In this document: positions 41,594 to 51,531 of the stretch, piece after piece
Layout: every line of letters starts with the position of its first letter
How positions within the stretch are numbered: position 1 is the stretch's first letter
NCBI GenBank assembly: GCA_963754315.1
Contig: CAVWFS010000014.1
Coordinates: 96,001-160,000, forward strand
Length of the DNA stretch: 64,000 nt
Source: an uncultured Candidatus Rokubacteria bacterium
Lineage (GTDB): Bacteria; Methylomirabilota; Methylomirabilia; Rokubacteriales; CSP1-6
Direction: 5' to 3'
Made by a program: the position numbers and the translations under genes
The notes under the pieces: model-generated
Database searches by the model: none
Seen by the model: only the letters and a program-made list of their open reading frames with translations
Told to the model about the DNA's origin: nothing

Positions 41594-42283
41594 ATGGCGA
41601 CGTATGTGCTGGTGCACGGGGCGTATCAGGGGGGGTGGATCTGGAAGCCGGTGGCAACGCGGCTGCGAGCGGCGGGGCATGACGTCTACGCGCCGACTCT
41701 CGACGGCTGTGCTGAGCGCCATGATGTGATCCGCTCCGGCATCACCGTGGGCAGCCACGCTCGCGAGGTCGCGCAGTTTCTGTTTTACGAGGACCTGCGC
41801 GCGGTCGTCCTGGTGGGAACCAGCTCAGGAGGGATGGTCATCTGCAAGGTCGCCGAGCTGGCGCGCGAGCGCATCGCGCGCGTGATCTTCGTCGACGCGC
41901 TGGCCTTGCTTCCCGGGGAGCGGGTGGACGGCATTGTGAAGCGGACAGGACCTCGCGAGACCACCGACATCGCCACCGGACCCACCAAGGCCGACGCACA
42001 GGATCGTCTTTTCGCCGATCTTGATCCCGACACGCGAGCGTGGGCCCTGGCACGCTACACTCTGCACCCCATCGCCGCCCTCGAGGCGCCCATGGAGCCC
42101 ACCACCTTCTGGGATCACACGTGGCCAGCCACCGTGATTCGCTGCCGCCGCGCCGCTAATCCGCCCGAAGCGCACCAGCGCCGAACTGCGGAACGGCTGA
42201 AAGCAACCTGGCACGAGCTGGACACCGGCCACTATCCCATGCTGAGCCAGCCCCAGGAGCTGACCCGCCTGCTCCTCAGCTAG
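41594..42283 (+). CDS. Alpha/beta hydrolase (methylesterase-like)
   Basis: VLVHGA, GTSSGG nucleophile elbow, DTGHYPM. Confidence 0.88.
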   Translation: MATYVLVHGAYQGGWIWKPVATRLRAAGHDVYAPTLDGCAERHDVIRSGITVGSHAREVAQFLFYEDLRAVVLVGTSSGGMVICKVAELARERIARVIFVDALALLPGERVDGIVKRTGPRETTDIATGPTKADAQDRLFADLDPDTRAWALARYTLHPIAALEAPMEPTTFWDHTWPATVIRCRRAANPPEAHQRRTAERLKATWHELDTGHYPMLSQPQELTRLLLS

Positions 42284-42397
42284 GTCTCCCGCTCCCTGGG
42301 CTCGGCGCATCTCCTCCTCCGTCAGGAGCTAGTTGCCAATGGAGGTTCGTCGGAGGAAACTGGCGCATGCGTCAGACGGCTCGCGGGAGATGACATC

Positions 42398-43331
42398 ATG
42401 CGCATCGTGGTCCATGGGCAGCAAGCGTTTGGCAAAAGCGTGCTGGAAGCCCTGCTGGAGCGTGGGGAGAACGTCGTCGGTGTCTATTGTGCGCCCGAAC
42501 CAGCCGATGGGCGAGGGCGAGTCGATCCCTTGAAGGAGGCCGCGCTCGCGCGCGGTCTCCCCGTCAACCAGCCCCGATCCTTTCGCAAGGACCCCGAAGT
42601 GAGGGAGGAGTTTGCGGGGTTCAAGGCCGACCTCTGTGTCATGGCCTACGTGACGCTCATCGTGCCCGAAGAGGTCTTGAATCTGCCAACGCGCGGCACC
42701 ATCCAGTACCATCCCTCGTTGCTCCCTCGCCACCGGGGCCCCAGCTCGATCAACTGGCCGATCATCATGGGGGAGACACGCACGGGGCTCACCATCTTCT
42801 GGCCCGACAATGGCCTTGATACCGGGCCCATCTTGCTGCAGAAGGAAGTCGAGATCAGAGATAGCGACACCCTGGGCAGTTTGTACTTCGACCGGCTCTA
42901 TCCGCTGGGGGTGGCGGCGCTGCTTGGAGGCGGTAGACATGGTGCGCGCCGGGACGGCCCCCAAAATCGTCCAGGACGAGTCCCAAGCCACCTATGAGGG
43001 GTGGTGCAGAAAGGAACACGTGCCGATCGACTGGCACCAGCCTCTCCAGCAGATCTGGAACCTCATCCGCGGGGCCGATCCACAGCCAGGCGCATGGACC
43101 ACATATGAAGGGACGACCGTACAGCTCCTCGAGGCCAGCAAGCGCGTGGGCGCCGTTTCGGCTCCGCCCGGAGAAGTGACCGCGATAGACGACGAGGGCG
43201 TGCTGATCGCCGCCCCTGGTGGACAGATCCAGGTCACCCGTGTCCGTCCTGACGGTGGTCAGAAGGTCAACGCGGGAGCCTTCGCCAAGAGCGCGGGGTT
43301 ACGCCCGGGCGCGCGCCTCGGTGCCCCATGA
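42398..43331 (+). CDS. Formyltransferase family protein (Fmt/10-formyl-THF hydrolase-like), frameshifted near 42923
   Basis: YHPSLLPRHRG, GLDTG; C-terminal half continues in another frame. Confidence 0.85.
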
Positions 43332-43441
43332 TCTCTGACCTCTGATTCGCGCTCAGGGCGCCCCGTGCAATGTCGCCGAGGCCAAGGCCCGATTCTCGGA
43401 GCTCCTTCAGAAAGCGCTGACCGGCGTGAACCTTATCTGAG

Positions 43442-44533
43442 TCAGTCCAGAAACACCGTGGCCGCCTGGCGGTCGATGTAGACGCGCACGGACTGACCAA
43501 CCTCCAGGACTTGGCTGGGATCGACCTGAATTCGGATGCGCGTCCCATCCTCGAGGCCCACGTGGCAGTCGGTGAGGTTACCGAGAAACGTCACCTCCAC
43601 GACTTTGCCGACCAGGGCTTCCGGGACCGCCGGGCTGGAACCGGTGACCAGCGGGGTCACACGGAGACTCTCGGGTCGGACGGCGATCTGCACGGCCTGT
43701 CCATCGGCAGCGCCTGGAGGAAGTGGGAGGCCGATCGGATCGGGGCCGTCTCTCAGGGTGATAAGGCTCGCCTCACCGTCGGCCCGGAGCACGCAGCCGG
43801 GGATCAGGTTGATCAGGCCCATGAAGTCGGCGACGGTCCGGTTGGCGGGACGGGTGTAGACCGCGCGGGGCTGGCCGAACTGCATGACCTCTCCCTGGTG
43901 CATGACCGCGATGCGGTCGGATAGCGCCATGGCCTCTGCCTGGTCGTGGGTGACATACACGAACGTGATCCCGGTGCGTCGCTGGAGATCCTTCAGTTCC
44001 CACCGCATTCGCTCGCGCAGCTTGGCGTCGAGGTTCGAGAGCGGCTCGTCGAGGAGCAAGATGTCCGGCTCTACGACCAGACTTCGTGCCAGCGCCACCC
44101 GCTGCTGCTGCCCGCCGCTCAGCTGGTTCGGGTACCGGCGCTCGAGTCCGGCGAGGTTGACCAGCTCTAGCACTCGCGCCACGCGCGTCTCGGTGTCCCT
44201 CCGACCGATCTTGCGCACCTGGAGACCGAAGGCAACATTCTGGTAGACGGTCTTGTGAGGCCAAACCGCGTAGTTCTGGAACACCATTCCCATCCCGCGG
44301 CGCTCGGGCGGGACGACGGCCGTCGTCGTGGAGAGGGTGGCCGATCCCACCCGGATCGTCCCCGCGTCGGGAGCCATGAATCCAGCGATCAGGCGGAGCA
44401 AGGTGGTCTTCCCACACCCACTCGGGCCCAGCAAGGTGACGAACTCCCGGTCACCCACCTCCAGGCTCAGGTCGCGGACCGCGGTCAAGGTGCCGAACCG
44501 CTTGGTCACATGCTCGATCGCGATGCCCGCCAT
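43442..44533 (-). CDS. ABC transporter ATP-binding protein (FbpC/PotA family)
   Basis: GPSGCGKT, LSGGQQQR, DEPLSNLD, C-terminal TOBE. Confidence 0.93.
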   Translation of the reverse strand: MAGIAIEHVTKRFGTLTAVRDLSLEVGDREFVTLLGPSGCGKTTLLRLIAGFMAPDAGTIRVGSATLSTTTAVVPPERRGMGMVFQNYAVWPHKTVYQNVAFGLQVRKIGRRDTETRVARVLELVNLAGLERRYPNQLSGGQQQRVALARSLVVEPDILLLDEPLSNLDAKLRERMRWELKDLQRRTGITFVYVTHDQAEAMALSDRIAVMHQGEVMQFGQPRAVYTRPANRTVADFMGLINLIPGCVLRADGEASLITLRDGPDPIGLPLPPGAADGQAVQIAVRPESLRVTPLVTGSSPAVPEALVGKVVEVTFLGNLTDCHVGLEDGTRIRIQVDPSQVLEVGQSVRVYIDRQAATVFLD

Positions 44534-44543
44534 CAGGCCATGC

Positions 44544-46286
44544 TCAGTGCGGCACGGGAGCGCGCTCCGCGCGTGGCATCGCTGCAGCACCGGAGCCGAC
44601 CCCACCGAGTCGCGTGGCCAGAGCGATGGCGACCGTGATGAGCACCATGGTCACGATGGACAGCGCCGCCACCGGCTCCAGCGAGCCCGTCTCGTAGAGG
44701 TTGTAGACGGCCACGGCGAGGGTGATGGACCCGGAGCTGAAGAGCAGGATGGAGGCGCTCAGCTCCTGCAGCGCCGGAACGAAGACGAGGAGCCAACCGG
44801 CGAAGAGCCCGGGGCGCGCCAGTGGCAAGGTGACCCCGCGAAAGGTACGGAGCCAGCCGGCGCCGGTGATCCGCGCCGCTTCCTCCAGAGAGGGATCGAT
44901 CTGACGGAAGGCGGCATTCGCCGATCGGACGCCCAGTGGCACGTAGCGTCCGGTGTAGGCGAGCAAGATGATGAGCAGGGTGCCGTAGATCGGCAGGGGC
45001 AAGCTGAGCCAGAACTGGATGAGGGCCACCGCCACCACGATGCCGGGCAAACCCAGGGGAATGAGCGAAACGTAGTCGAGGAGTTTCCGCCCCTGGATCG
45101 CCGTTCTGAGATCGAGCCAGCCGATGAGGCTCCCGAGCAGGACGGTAAGGGTCGCAGCCGCGCTGGCCAGGATCAAGCTGTTCCAGATGGCGCGGCGGGT
45201 GACATCATATTCAACAAGAACGAAGTAGTAGTGCTTGAGGGTGAGGTTCTGCCAGAAGCCGAGCCCCCACGATTTGCTGAGCGACACCGCCAGCAGGGTC
45301 AGGTACGGCGCCAGCACTGCCACCACGAAGACCACCGCGCAGAAGGCCAGGACGCCCCACCGAGCCGGCCCCAGGTCGACCAGCTGCGGACGGCTCCCCT
45401 TCCCGGCCAATGTCACGTATGAGCGCTTGGCCAGGTATCGCCGCTGCAAGTAGAGGGCGGCCACGGTGAGTGCGACGAAGATCAACGACATGGCCGACGC
45501 CAGCCCGTACTGCGGCGGGTAGTCGAAGAGGGCGTAGATGCGAGTGGGAAGGGTGAAGATACGGCCCGGCAATCCGATGATCGCCTGCGACCCGAAGAGG
45601 GCGATGGCGTTGACGAAGGCGATCAGGGCCCCCGAGAGAACCGCCGCCGCCACCAGGGGCAGGGTGATGGCGGTGGCCGTGCGCCAGCGGCCGGCACCCA
45701 GGATCTGGGCTGATTCCTCCATGGATCCATCCACCGACGTGAGCGCGCTCGCGGCCAGCAGATACACGAAGGGAAACGTGTGGAGCACCGTGACGAGGAC
45801 CAGACCAGCCATCGAGAAGACGTTGAAGGTCAGGACCGGCGCGCCGAGCACGTCGCGGGCGAAGCGGTTGACCAGACCGGCGTTGGGGCTGAACAGGTTG
45901 ACGAAGGCGATCGCGGTCAGATAGGGGGGCGTGAGGTACGAAATGATGGCCGTCAGATGGATCAACCGCTTGGCGGGGACGTTCGTGCGGCTCACTGCCC
46001 AGGCCAGCGGCAAGCCGACGGCGACGCTGAGCACCGATGTCCACAAACCGAGGATGAACGAATTGCGGAGGGCCTGAACGTACAGTCGACTGCTCAAGGC
46101 CTCGCGGAAATGCGCCAAGGTGAGACGGCCGTCGGTACTCACGCTGCCCCACACCAGCGAGATCAACGGCAGTACGACCAGGACGAGCATGACCAGAACC
46201 ACGCCGGCCATGAGGCCATGCTCCGCCCGAACGAGGCGGCGCCACGCATGGATGCGAGGCGCCGCCGTCGTCAGGACCTGTGCCAC
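44544..46286 (-). CDS. Iron/thiamine-type ABC permease (FbpB-like, duplicated)
   Basis: Two EAA-loop repeats (EESAQILGA, EEAARITGA). Confidence 0.9.
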   Translation of the reverse strand: MAQVLTTAAPRIHAWRRLVRAEHGLMAGVVLVMLVLVVLPLISLVWGSVSTDGRLTLAHFREALSSRLYVQALRNSFILGLWTSVLSVAVGLPLAWAVSRTNVPAKRLIHLTAIISYLTPPYLTAIAFVNLFSPNAGLVNRFARDVLGAPVLTFNVFSMAGLVLVTVLHTFPFVYLLAASALTSVDGSMEESAQILGAGRWRTATAITLPLVAAAVLSGALIAFVNAIALFGSQAIIGLPGRIFTLPTRIYALFDYPPQYGLASAMSLIFVALTVAALYLQRRYLAKRSYVTLAGKGSRPQLVDLGPARWGVLAFCAVVFVVAVLAPYLTLLAVSLSKSWGLGFWQNLTLKHYYFVLVEYDVTRRAIWNSLILASAAATLTVLLGSLIGWLDLRTAIQGRKLLDYVSLIPLGLPGIVVAVALIQFWLSLPLPIYGTLLIILLAYTGRYVPLGVRSANAAFRQIDPSLEEAARITGAGWLRTFRGVTLPLARPGLFAGWLLVFVPALQELSASILLFSSGSITLAVAVYNLYETGSLEPVAALSIVTMVLITVAIALATRLGGVGSGAAAMPRAERAPVPH

Positions 46287-46300
46287 GCGGCAGGCCGGTA

Positions 46301-47800
46301 CTAAGCGCGCGCCCGGGTAACGTACCCGTAACGAAGGTTACTGCGAGCCGTCCCCTCCTGCTCGTAGGTTGCCTTGGCGACCGCCACCCGATCGGTGGCC
46401 AGCGCAGACCTCTTGTCGTACTTGTACAGGCGAGCGTTCGTCTCACCGAAGATCGCGTTCTTGACGGGGCCATCGGCCGGCCCCAGGGGCTTGAAGCCGT
46501 ACTTCTTCTGCATGTCTTCGGGAATCTCGAGACGTCGCAGCGCCTCGATCTGCCACTGAGGCGAGCCCGTCCACACGGCATCGGTGCCCCACACCACGTG
46601 GTCGGCCCCGAGTCCCGTCACCATCTGCCCCATCATCGCCGCGCACACCCGCGGGTCCGCGACCGTGGTCTGCGCGAAGATCTGGCCAAGATCGCCGTAC
46701 ACGTTGGTCACGCCGTACTTCGAAGGGATCTCGGCGAGATCCGTCACCCACTCGATGCGGCCAGTCTGCTCGAACTGGGCCCAGGCGTCCTCCACCTTTC
46801 CGCCCGCCGCGAAGCGATAGGCGGAGTGGTAGATGATGAAGTTGAGCTGCGGCCAGTCCTTGGCCGCCTTGCCGACGTCGCGCACGTCCGAGTAGGCCAG
46901 CAGATGCGGGAACTCCTTCTCCGTGTGTGGCGGGAAGAGCCCTTTGTGCACGCACACGTTCACGAGGCCGGCCTTGAGGAACTTCTCGTAGGCCTTGTAG
47001 GCCACTTTCTCGTCGTCCATGCGCCAGGGGTACTTGCCGACCTTCTTGTTGGTGTTGTCGCCGACCGTGTAGCCCTTGAAAGAGTCCGGCTTCAGCTCGC
47101 TGATGGCCTTGTCGATCGCCTCCAGCCAGCCTGGTTGCCCGGGAGTGAAGATGGCGTGGCTGAGCATCCGGCGAGAACCGGCTTTGGCATTGACCTTGGC
47201 GCGGGCGTCGGCCTTCATCTCGTTGGTCAGGAACCAGTCCTCGGGGATGTCGGAGGGCGAGCCGGAGATGAGGGCAACCTTGGTGTCGCTGTCGAGATAG
47301 ATCTCCTTGAAGTAGTTGGCGAACTTGAGATCTTCGATCGTCTGCGGCTTGCCGACCAGGGCCGGATTCCACCCAGCCTTACCGACGCCCTCGCGTGCGC
47401 GCACGAAGACCATGATCCGCGTGTCGTCGCGCAGGAAGTGGGTGTGGCAGTCCATGATGAACTGGTTCGAGAGGGCTTTGGCCCGCTCCTTGGCCATGTC
47501 CGGTGTCTGCGCCTCGGCCGGGCTCGCCTCGAACAGCGGACCGTAGGTCTCGTTCATGGCCACGAACGCGGCCGCCATGCCCGCTGCGCTCTGAAAGAAG
47601 CGCCGTCTGGTGAGGCCCTGCTTACGGGCCAACTCACCGCCGAGCTCTTTCATGCGCGCTTCGACCCGGCGCTGGGCTGCCGTCTGCGGTCCGGGCATGA
47701 ACTCGTCACTGGAGACACTCTGCGTGGGAACGGGCGAAGGGTACGAATGGGTCTCGGCGGGCAGGAGCTGGCTAAGCTCCTCGGGATCGAGTAGGTTCAT
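46301..47800 (-). CDS. Amidohydrolase family protein with an internal Tat motif
   Basis: LTRRRFF, DCHTH, CVHKG, IYHS, WGTD. Confidence 0.85.
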   Translation of the reverse strand: MNLLDPEELSQLLPAETHSYPSPVPTQSVSSDEFMPGPQTAAQRRVEARMKELGGELARKQGLTRRRFFQSAAGMAAAFVAMNETYGPLFEASPAEAQTPDMAKERAKALSNQFIMDCHTHFLRDDTRIMVFVRAREGVGKAGWNPALVGKPQTIEDLKFANYFKEIYLDSDTKVALISGSPSDIPEDWFLTNEMKADARAKVNAKAGSRRMLSHAIFTPGQPGWLEAIDKAISELKPDSFKGYTVGDNTNKKVGKYPWRMDDEKVAYKAYEKFLKAGLVNVCVHKGLFPPHTEKEFPHLLAYSDVRDVGKAAKDWPQLNFIIYHSAYRFAAGGKVEDAWAQFEQTGRIEWVTDLAEIPSKYGVTNVYGDLGQIFAQTTVADPRVCAAMMGQMVTGLGADHVVWGTDAVWTGSPQWQIEALRRLEIPEDMQKKYGFKPLGPADGPVKNAIFGETNARLYKYDKRSALATDRVAVAKATYEQEGTARSNLRYGYVTRARA

Positions 47801-47845
47801 GGCTGCCTCCTCCTTGAGGGGGGTTATCGCGAGAACGTCTCGTCC

Positions 47846-48913
47846 CTAGGGGTCGCGGAAGTGAGGCATCACCTCGCGGGCGAACAACTCCATGGAGCGC
47901 CGGATCCGGTCCTGGGCAAGCCCGCCGAAGTTCATCCAGCAGAGCACCTGTCCGACCCCCATCGCGCGCATGGCCTCAAGGTGGCGCACCACGGTGTCGG
48001 GCGATCCGAACGCGAGCGTCTCGGCCGCCAAGCGCTCCCACGTCACTTTTGAAAGTCGCTCGGCCATGGCGCGGAATCCGGGTTGCAGGCTGGGGTGGGT
48101 GTCCTCGATCCGGTCCGGAATGACGAAGCGCCGGAACGAGTCCTGGTACCACATCTCCGCCTCTCGTGCTTCTGCCATCGCCTGGGCATCGGTGGGAGCC
48201 ACGTAGATATGGCGGGACACTCCCCAATCCTTCAACAGGCCCGTGATCTCGGCCTCGGTGCGGCCGTGCTTGCGCAGGGTATCGACGTAGGCGTCGCGAC
48301 TGGCGGCCAGCTGCTCGAGCGGCCCGAAGAGAATCGAGTTGAGCATTGGCCAGCCGCGAGCCGCCGTGTTCTCGATGCCGTCCTTGCTGGCGCACACCTG
48401 ATACATCGGCGGGTGTGGACGCTGCCAGGGCTTGGGAATGACGCGCGCCTGCTTGATGGTGAAGAAGCGCCCGTCGTACGAGAAGTGATCCTCCCGCCAG
48501 GCCCGCAGCATGATGTCTACTGCCTCGTCGAACCGCTCGCGGCTCTCCTGCTGCGGGATGTGATAGCCGGTGAACTCGGCCGGACGGTTGCCCCGCCCCA
48601 CCCCGACGTCGAGGCGTCCCTTGGCGATGATATCGATGAGGGCCATCTGCTCGGCCAGACGCAGCGGGTGGTGGAAGGGCAAGATCGCGGCGGCGAGGCC
48701 GATTCGAAGGCGGCGGGTACGGGAGGCGGCGGCCGCGGCGAGGGTGGCCGGATCGACGGAGAGGCCGTAATCAATGAAGTGGTGCTCCGTCAGCCAGATC
48801 TGATCGAACCCCAGCTCTTCCGTCCACTCCATCTGCTCGAGCTCACGATGCACGACCTCGGCGTGGCTGAGGCCGGGCGCTGCCTGGAAGAAGTAGTAGG
48901 TCCCAAAGCGCAC
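47846..48913 (-). CDS. LLM class flavin-dependent oxidoreductase (luciferase-like)
   Basis: WLTEHHF, HPLRLAE, GVGRG, PKPWQRPHPP. Confidence 0.9.
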   Translation of the reverse strand: MRFGTYYFFQAAPGLSHAEVVHRELEQMEWTEELGFDQIWLTEHHFIDYGLSVDPATLAAAAASRTRRLRIGLAAAILPFHHPLRLAEQMALIDIIAKGRLDVGVGRGNRPAEFTGYHIPQQESRERFDEAVDIMLRAWREDHFSYDGRFFTIKQARVIPKPWQRPHPPMYQVCASKDGIENTAARGWPMLNSILFGPLEQLAASRDAYVDTLRKHGRTEAEITGLLKDWGVSRHIYVAPTDAQAMAEAREAEMWYQDSFRRFVIPDRIEDTHPSLQPGFRAMAERLSKVTWERLAAETLAFGSPDTVVRHLEAMRAMGVGQVLCWMNFGGLAQDRIRRSMELFAREVMPHFRDP

Positions 48914-48915
48914 GG

Positions 48916-49815
48916 TCAGGACCTCGTCATAGGCTCGTCCCGCATACCCGCGAGGTACTCGAGCGTGGTGATGACGGCGGACAGATCCTCGCCGCCGTGT
49001 CCAGCCGATGAGGTGGCCATGCACAGCTGATGGGCCACACTGGTGAGGGGCAACGGAGCACCCACGCGGCCTCCTTCTTCGAGCATGAGTCGGAAGTCCT
49101 TCATGAACAGGTCGAGTCGGATGTAGGGCTCGAAGTGGCGCTCCACCATCTGCCGTCCCCGGCTGTCCATCATCCTGGACCCGACCGGGCTCTGCCGGAG
49201 GGCATCCAGCAGCACCGAGGGGGGAACGCCGGCCTTTCCGCCCAGCACAAGCGCCTCGGCGAGGGCGATCGTGTTGAGCCCACCTAGCAGGTTGGCGGCC
49301 AGCTTGGTCACCGTGGCCGCCCCGATGGGGCCGACGTGCACGGTCTTTGAGGCAATGGCCTCGAACGCCGGCCACACCCTGTCCGCCACATTCCGATCAC
49401 CGCCCACGAAGATCGCGCACTCGCCACGCGCCACCATGGTGCTCGTCCCGCTGATCGGTGTGTCGAGGAATGCGCGGCCCCGAGCGTGGGCGGCCTCGCC
49501 AAGGCGCCGGGCCAGGGGCGGGCTGATCGTGCTCATCTGCATGAGCACGGCGCCGGCGGGAGCCGTCTCCAGCAGTCCGCCCGCGCCGAGCCACACCTGC
49601 TCCACTACGTCGGGGGTGGGCAGGATGGTGAAAACCGCGTCGGCGGCCGCGACCGCGGCTGCCGCACTGGCCGCCGCCACGAGCCCCTGCCCTTGAAGCG
49701 CCGTCAGCTGCGTGGGACGCGTGTCATAGCCGCAGACGTCGAAACCCTTGGCGAGCAGGCGAGACACCACCGCGCTGCCCAGCAGTCCGACGCCGACGAT
49801 CCCGATCCGACGCAT
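48916..49815 (-). CDS. 3-hydroxyisobutyrate dehydrogenase family NAD(P)-dependent oxidoreductase
   Basis: GVGLLG, MSTISP, DTPISG, KLAAN, KD. Confidence 0.9.
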   Translation of the reverse strand: MRRIGIVGVGLLGSAVVSRLLAKGFDVCGYDTRPTQLTALQGQGLVAAASAAAAVAAADAVFTILPTPDVVEQVWLGAGGLLETAPAGAVLMQMSTISPPLARRLGEAAHARGRAFLDTPISGTSTMVARGECAIFVGGDRNVADRVWPAFEAIASKTVHVGPIGAATVTKLAANLLGGLNTIALAEALVLGGKAGVPPSVLLDALRQSPVGSRMMDSRGRQMVERHFEPYIRLDLFMKDFRLMLEEGGRVGAPLPLTSVAHQLCMATSSAGHGGEDLSAVITTLEYLAGMRDEPMTRS

Positions 49816-50106
49816 CGTTTGCCCTCGTAAATGTGCCCGCCCGGCCGCCTGACGCTGCGGCGAGGCTACCCGCTGAAGTGAGCCCCACTCATCGCGCGCG
49901 GGCTGCCCTTCTCGCGCGGGGTGATTATAGGCGTGGGTCCCCCCTGCCACAAGCGACGCGCGCCAAGCGTGATCGCTTGACTTCAGAGCGCGCGCCCCCT
50001 ATCATCGTGCCCAGCCCGACCTTTTCTTCATTCTGGACTCGAGACTCCGGGCAGTTCGACGAGCACGCTGTCACCCAACTCGCGCGCTGGGAGGAGGAAG
50101 ACGAGC

Positions 50107-51342
50107 ATGAACAAACGGGTACTGGCAATGCTGCTGGGGGCCCTCGTTCTTGCGCTGGTAGCCGGCACGCCCGGCTGGGCTCAGAGGCCCATCAAGTTCG
50201 GCTTCATGGCGCCCCTCACTGGACCCGCAGCCCAGGTCGCCAAGGACATGGTCGACGGACTCAAGATGTATTTCGAGGAGAACGGCTACCAGCTCGGCGG
50301 ACGCAAGCTAGAGCTGATCATCGAGGACAGCCAGGCGCGGCCCGAGGTGGCGCTCAACAAGCTGCGCAAGTTCATCGAGAGTGACCAGGTCGACTTCGTC
50401 GGGGGCGAGGCCTTCGCCCACATCGCCCTGGCCATGGCTCCCAAGGCCGAGGAGTACAAGATCCCCATGATCTTCCCGGTGGCTGCGTCGGACGACCTCA
50501 CCCAGCGCCTGCGCAACAAGTGGGTCGTGCGGACGGGCTGGACGAGCAGCCAGCCTTCCCACCCGTTCGGCGAATGGGTCGTCAAGAATACGAAGTACCG
50601 CCGGGTAGTGACCATCGCCGCCGACTATGCGTTCGGATGGGAAGTCGTCGGTGGGTTCCAGCGGACCTTCGAGGAATCGGGGGGCCAGGTCGTCCAGAAG
50701 CTGTGGGTGCCCTTGAACGTCGCCGACTGGGCCCCCTATCTTTCGCAGATCCGGCGGGACGCCGATGCCGTGTTCGCCTTGGCCGTGGCCGCCGCTCAGC
50801 TCCGCTTCCCCAAACAATACGAGGATGCCGGTCTCAAGGGACGATTGCCGCTCATCGCGGGCGCGGTGAGTTTTGACGAGTCAGCCCTGCCCAAGATGGG
50901 GGATGAGGCCTTGGGCGGCCTGAGCCCCTTGATGTACAGCGCGGCCCTCGACACCCCGGCCATGAGGGAGTGGGTGAAGAAGTACAAGGCGAAATACGGC
51001 AAGATCCCGTCCTATTACTCGGAGACGTGCTACACGACGGCGCGCTGGCTAGACATGGCAGCCAAGGCCGTGGGCGGCAAAGTCGAGGATCGGGAGGCGT
51101 TCCTGGCCGCCATACGGAAAGTGGAGATGCCCGACGCGCTGCGCGGGCCCCTCAAGCTTGACCCCTTCGGCAACCCCATCCAGAACATTTACGTCCGCAA
51201 GGTGGAACGTAAGGATGGCGAGTTGCAGAACACGGTGATCTACACGTATCCCACCGTCTCCCAGTTCTGGAAATGGAATCCCGAAGAGTACATGAAGCAG
51301 CCGCCGTACACCCGCGACTACCCGCCCTGTAAGCATTGCTGA
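50107..51342 (+). CDS. Branched-chain amino acid-type ABC substrate-binding protein
   Basis: Signal peptide; PLTGP, DYAFGWE, GNPIQN. Confidence 0.9.
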   Translation: MNKRVLAMLLGALVLALVAGTPGWAQRPIKFGFMAPLTGPAAQVAKDMVDGLKMYFEENGYQLGGRKLELIIEDSQARPEVALNKLRKFIESDQVDFVGGEAFAHIALAMAPKAEEYKIPMIFPVAASDDLTQRLRNKWVVRTGWTSSQPSHPFGEWVVKNTKYRRVVTIAADYAFGWEVVGGFQRTFEESGGQVVQKLWVPLNVADWAPYLSQIRRDADAVFALAVAAAQLRFPKQYEDAGLKGRLPLIAGAVSFDESALPKMGDEALGGLSPLMYSAALDTPAMREWVKKYKAKYGKIPSYYSETCYTTARWLDMAAKAVGGKVEDREAFLAAIRKVEMPDALRGPLKLDPFGNPIQNIYVRKVERKDGELQNTVIYTYPTVSQFWKWNPEEYMKQPPYTRDYPPCKHC

Positions 51343-51348
51343 TGTGAA

Positions 51349-51385
51349 CGGACCCCCCGGAGGTGCTCGGGGGGTCCGAAATTTT
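51349..51385 (+). terminator. Putative intrinsic terminator
   Basis: 11-bp perfect stem CGGACCCCCCG/CGGGGGGTCCG followed by AAATTTT just after the SBP stop. Confidence 0.55.
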
Positions 51386-51425
51386 CCCTCCTGAGTCATC
51401 CAAGGCTTGGGCGCACTGCGGGTCG

Positions 51426-51442
51426 CTGGCACAATCCTGGCA
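51426..51442 (+). promoter_or_regulatory. Putative sigma-54 (-24/-12) promoter of the SOD-like gene
   Basis: CTGGCACAATCCTGGCA, one mismatch to TGGCAC-N5-TTGC. Confidence 0.55.
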
Positions 51443-51531
51443 TCTGCCTACAGACGGTGTGGCGTCGGCCAACAGCGCAGCCACGCTTTTTCGCGAGGCC
51501 GAGAAAGACGTTCCCGGCGAGGAGGAATAGG

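Noticed and set aside
49830..50100. Riboswitch or ncRNA in long intergenic regions (also 22750-22980 and 60000-60220)
   Set aside because: Only generic GC hairpins and no recognisable family motif; an Infernal/Rfam scan would be needed
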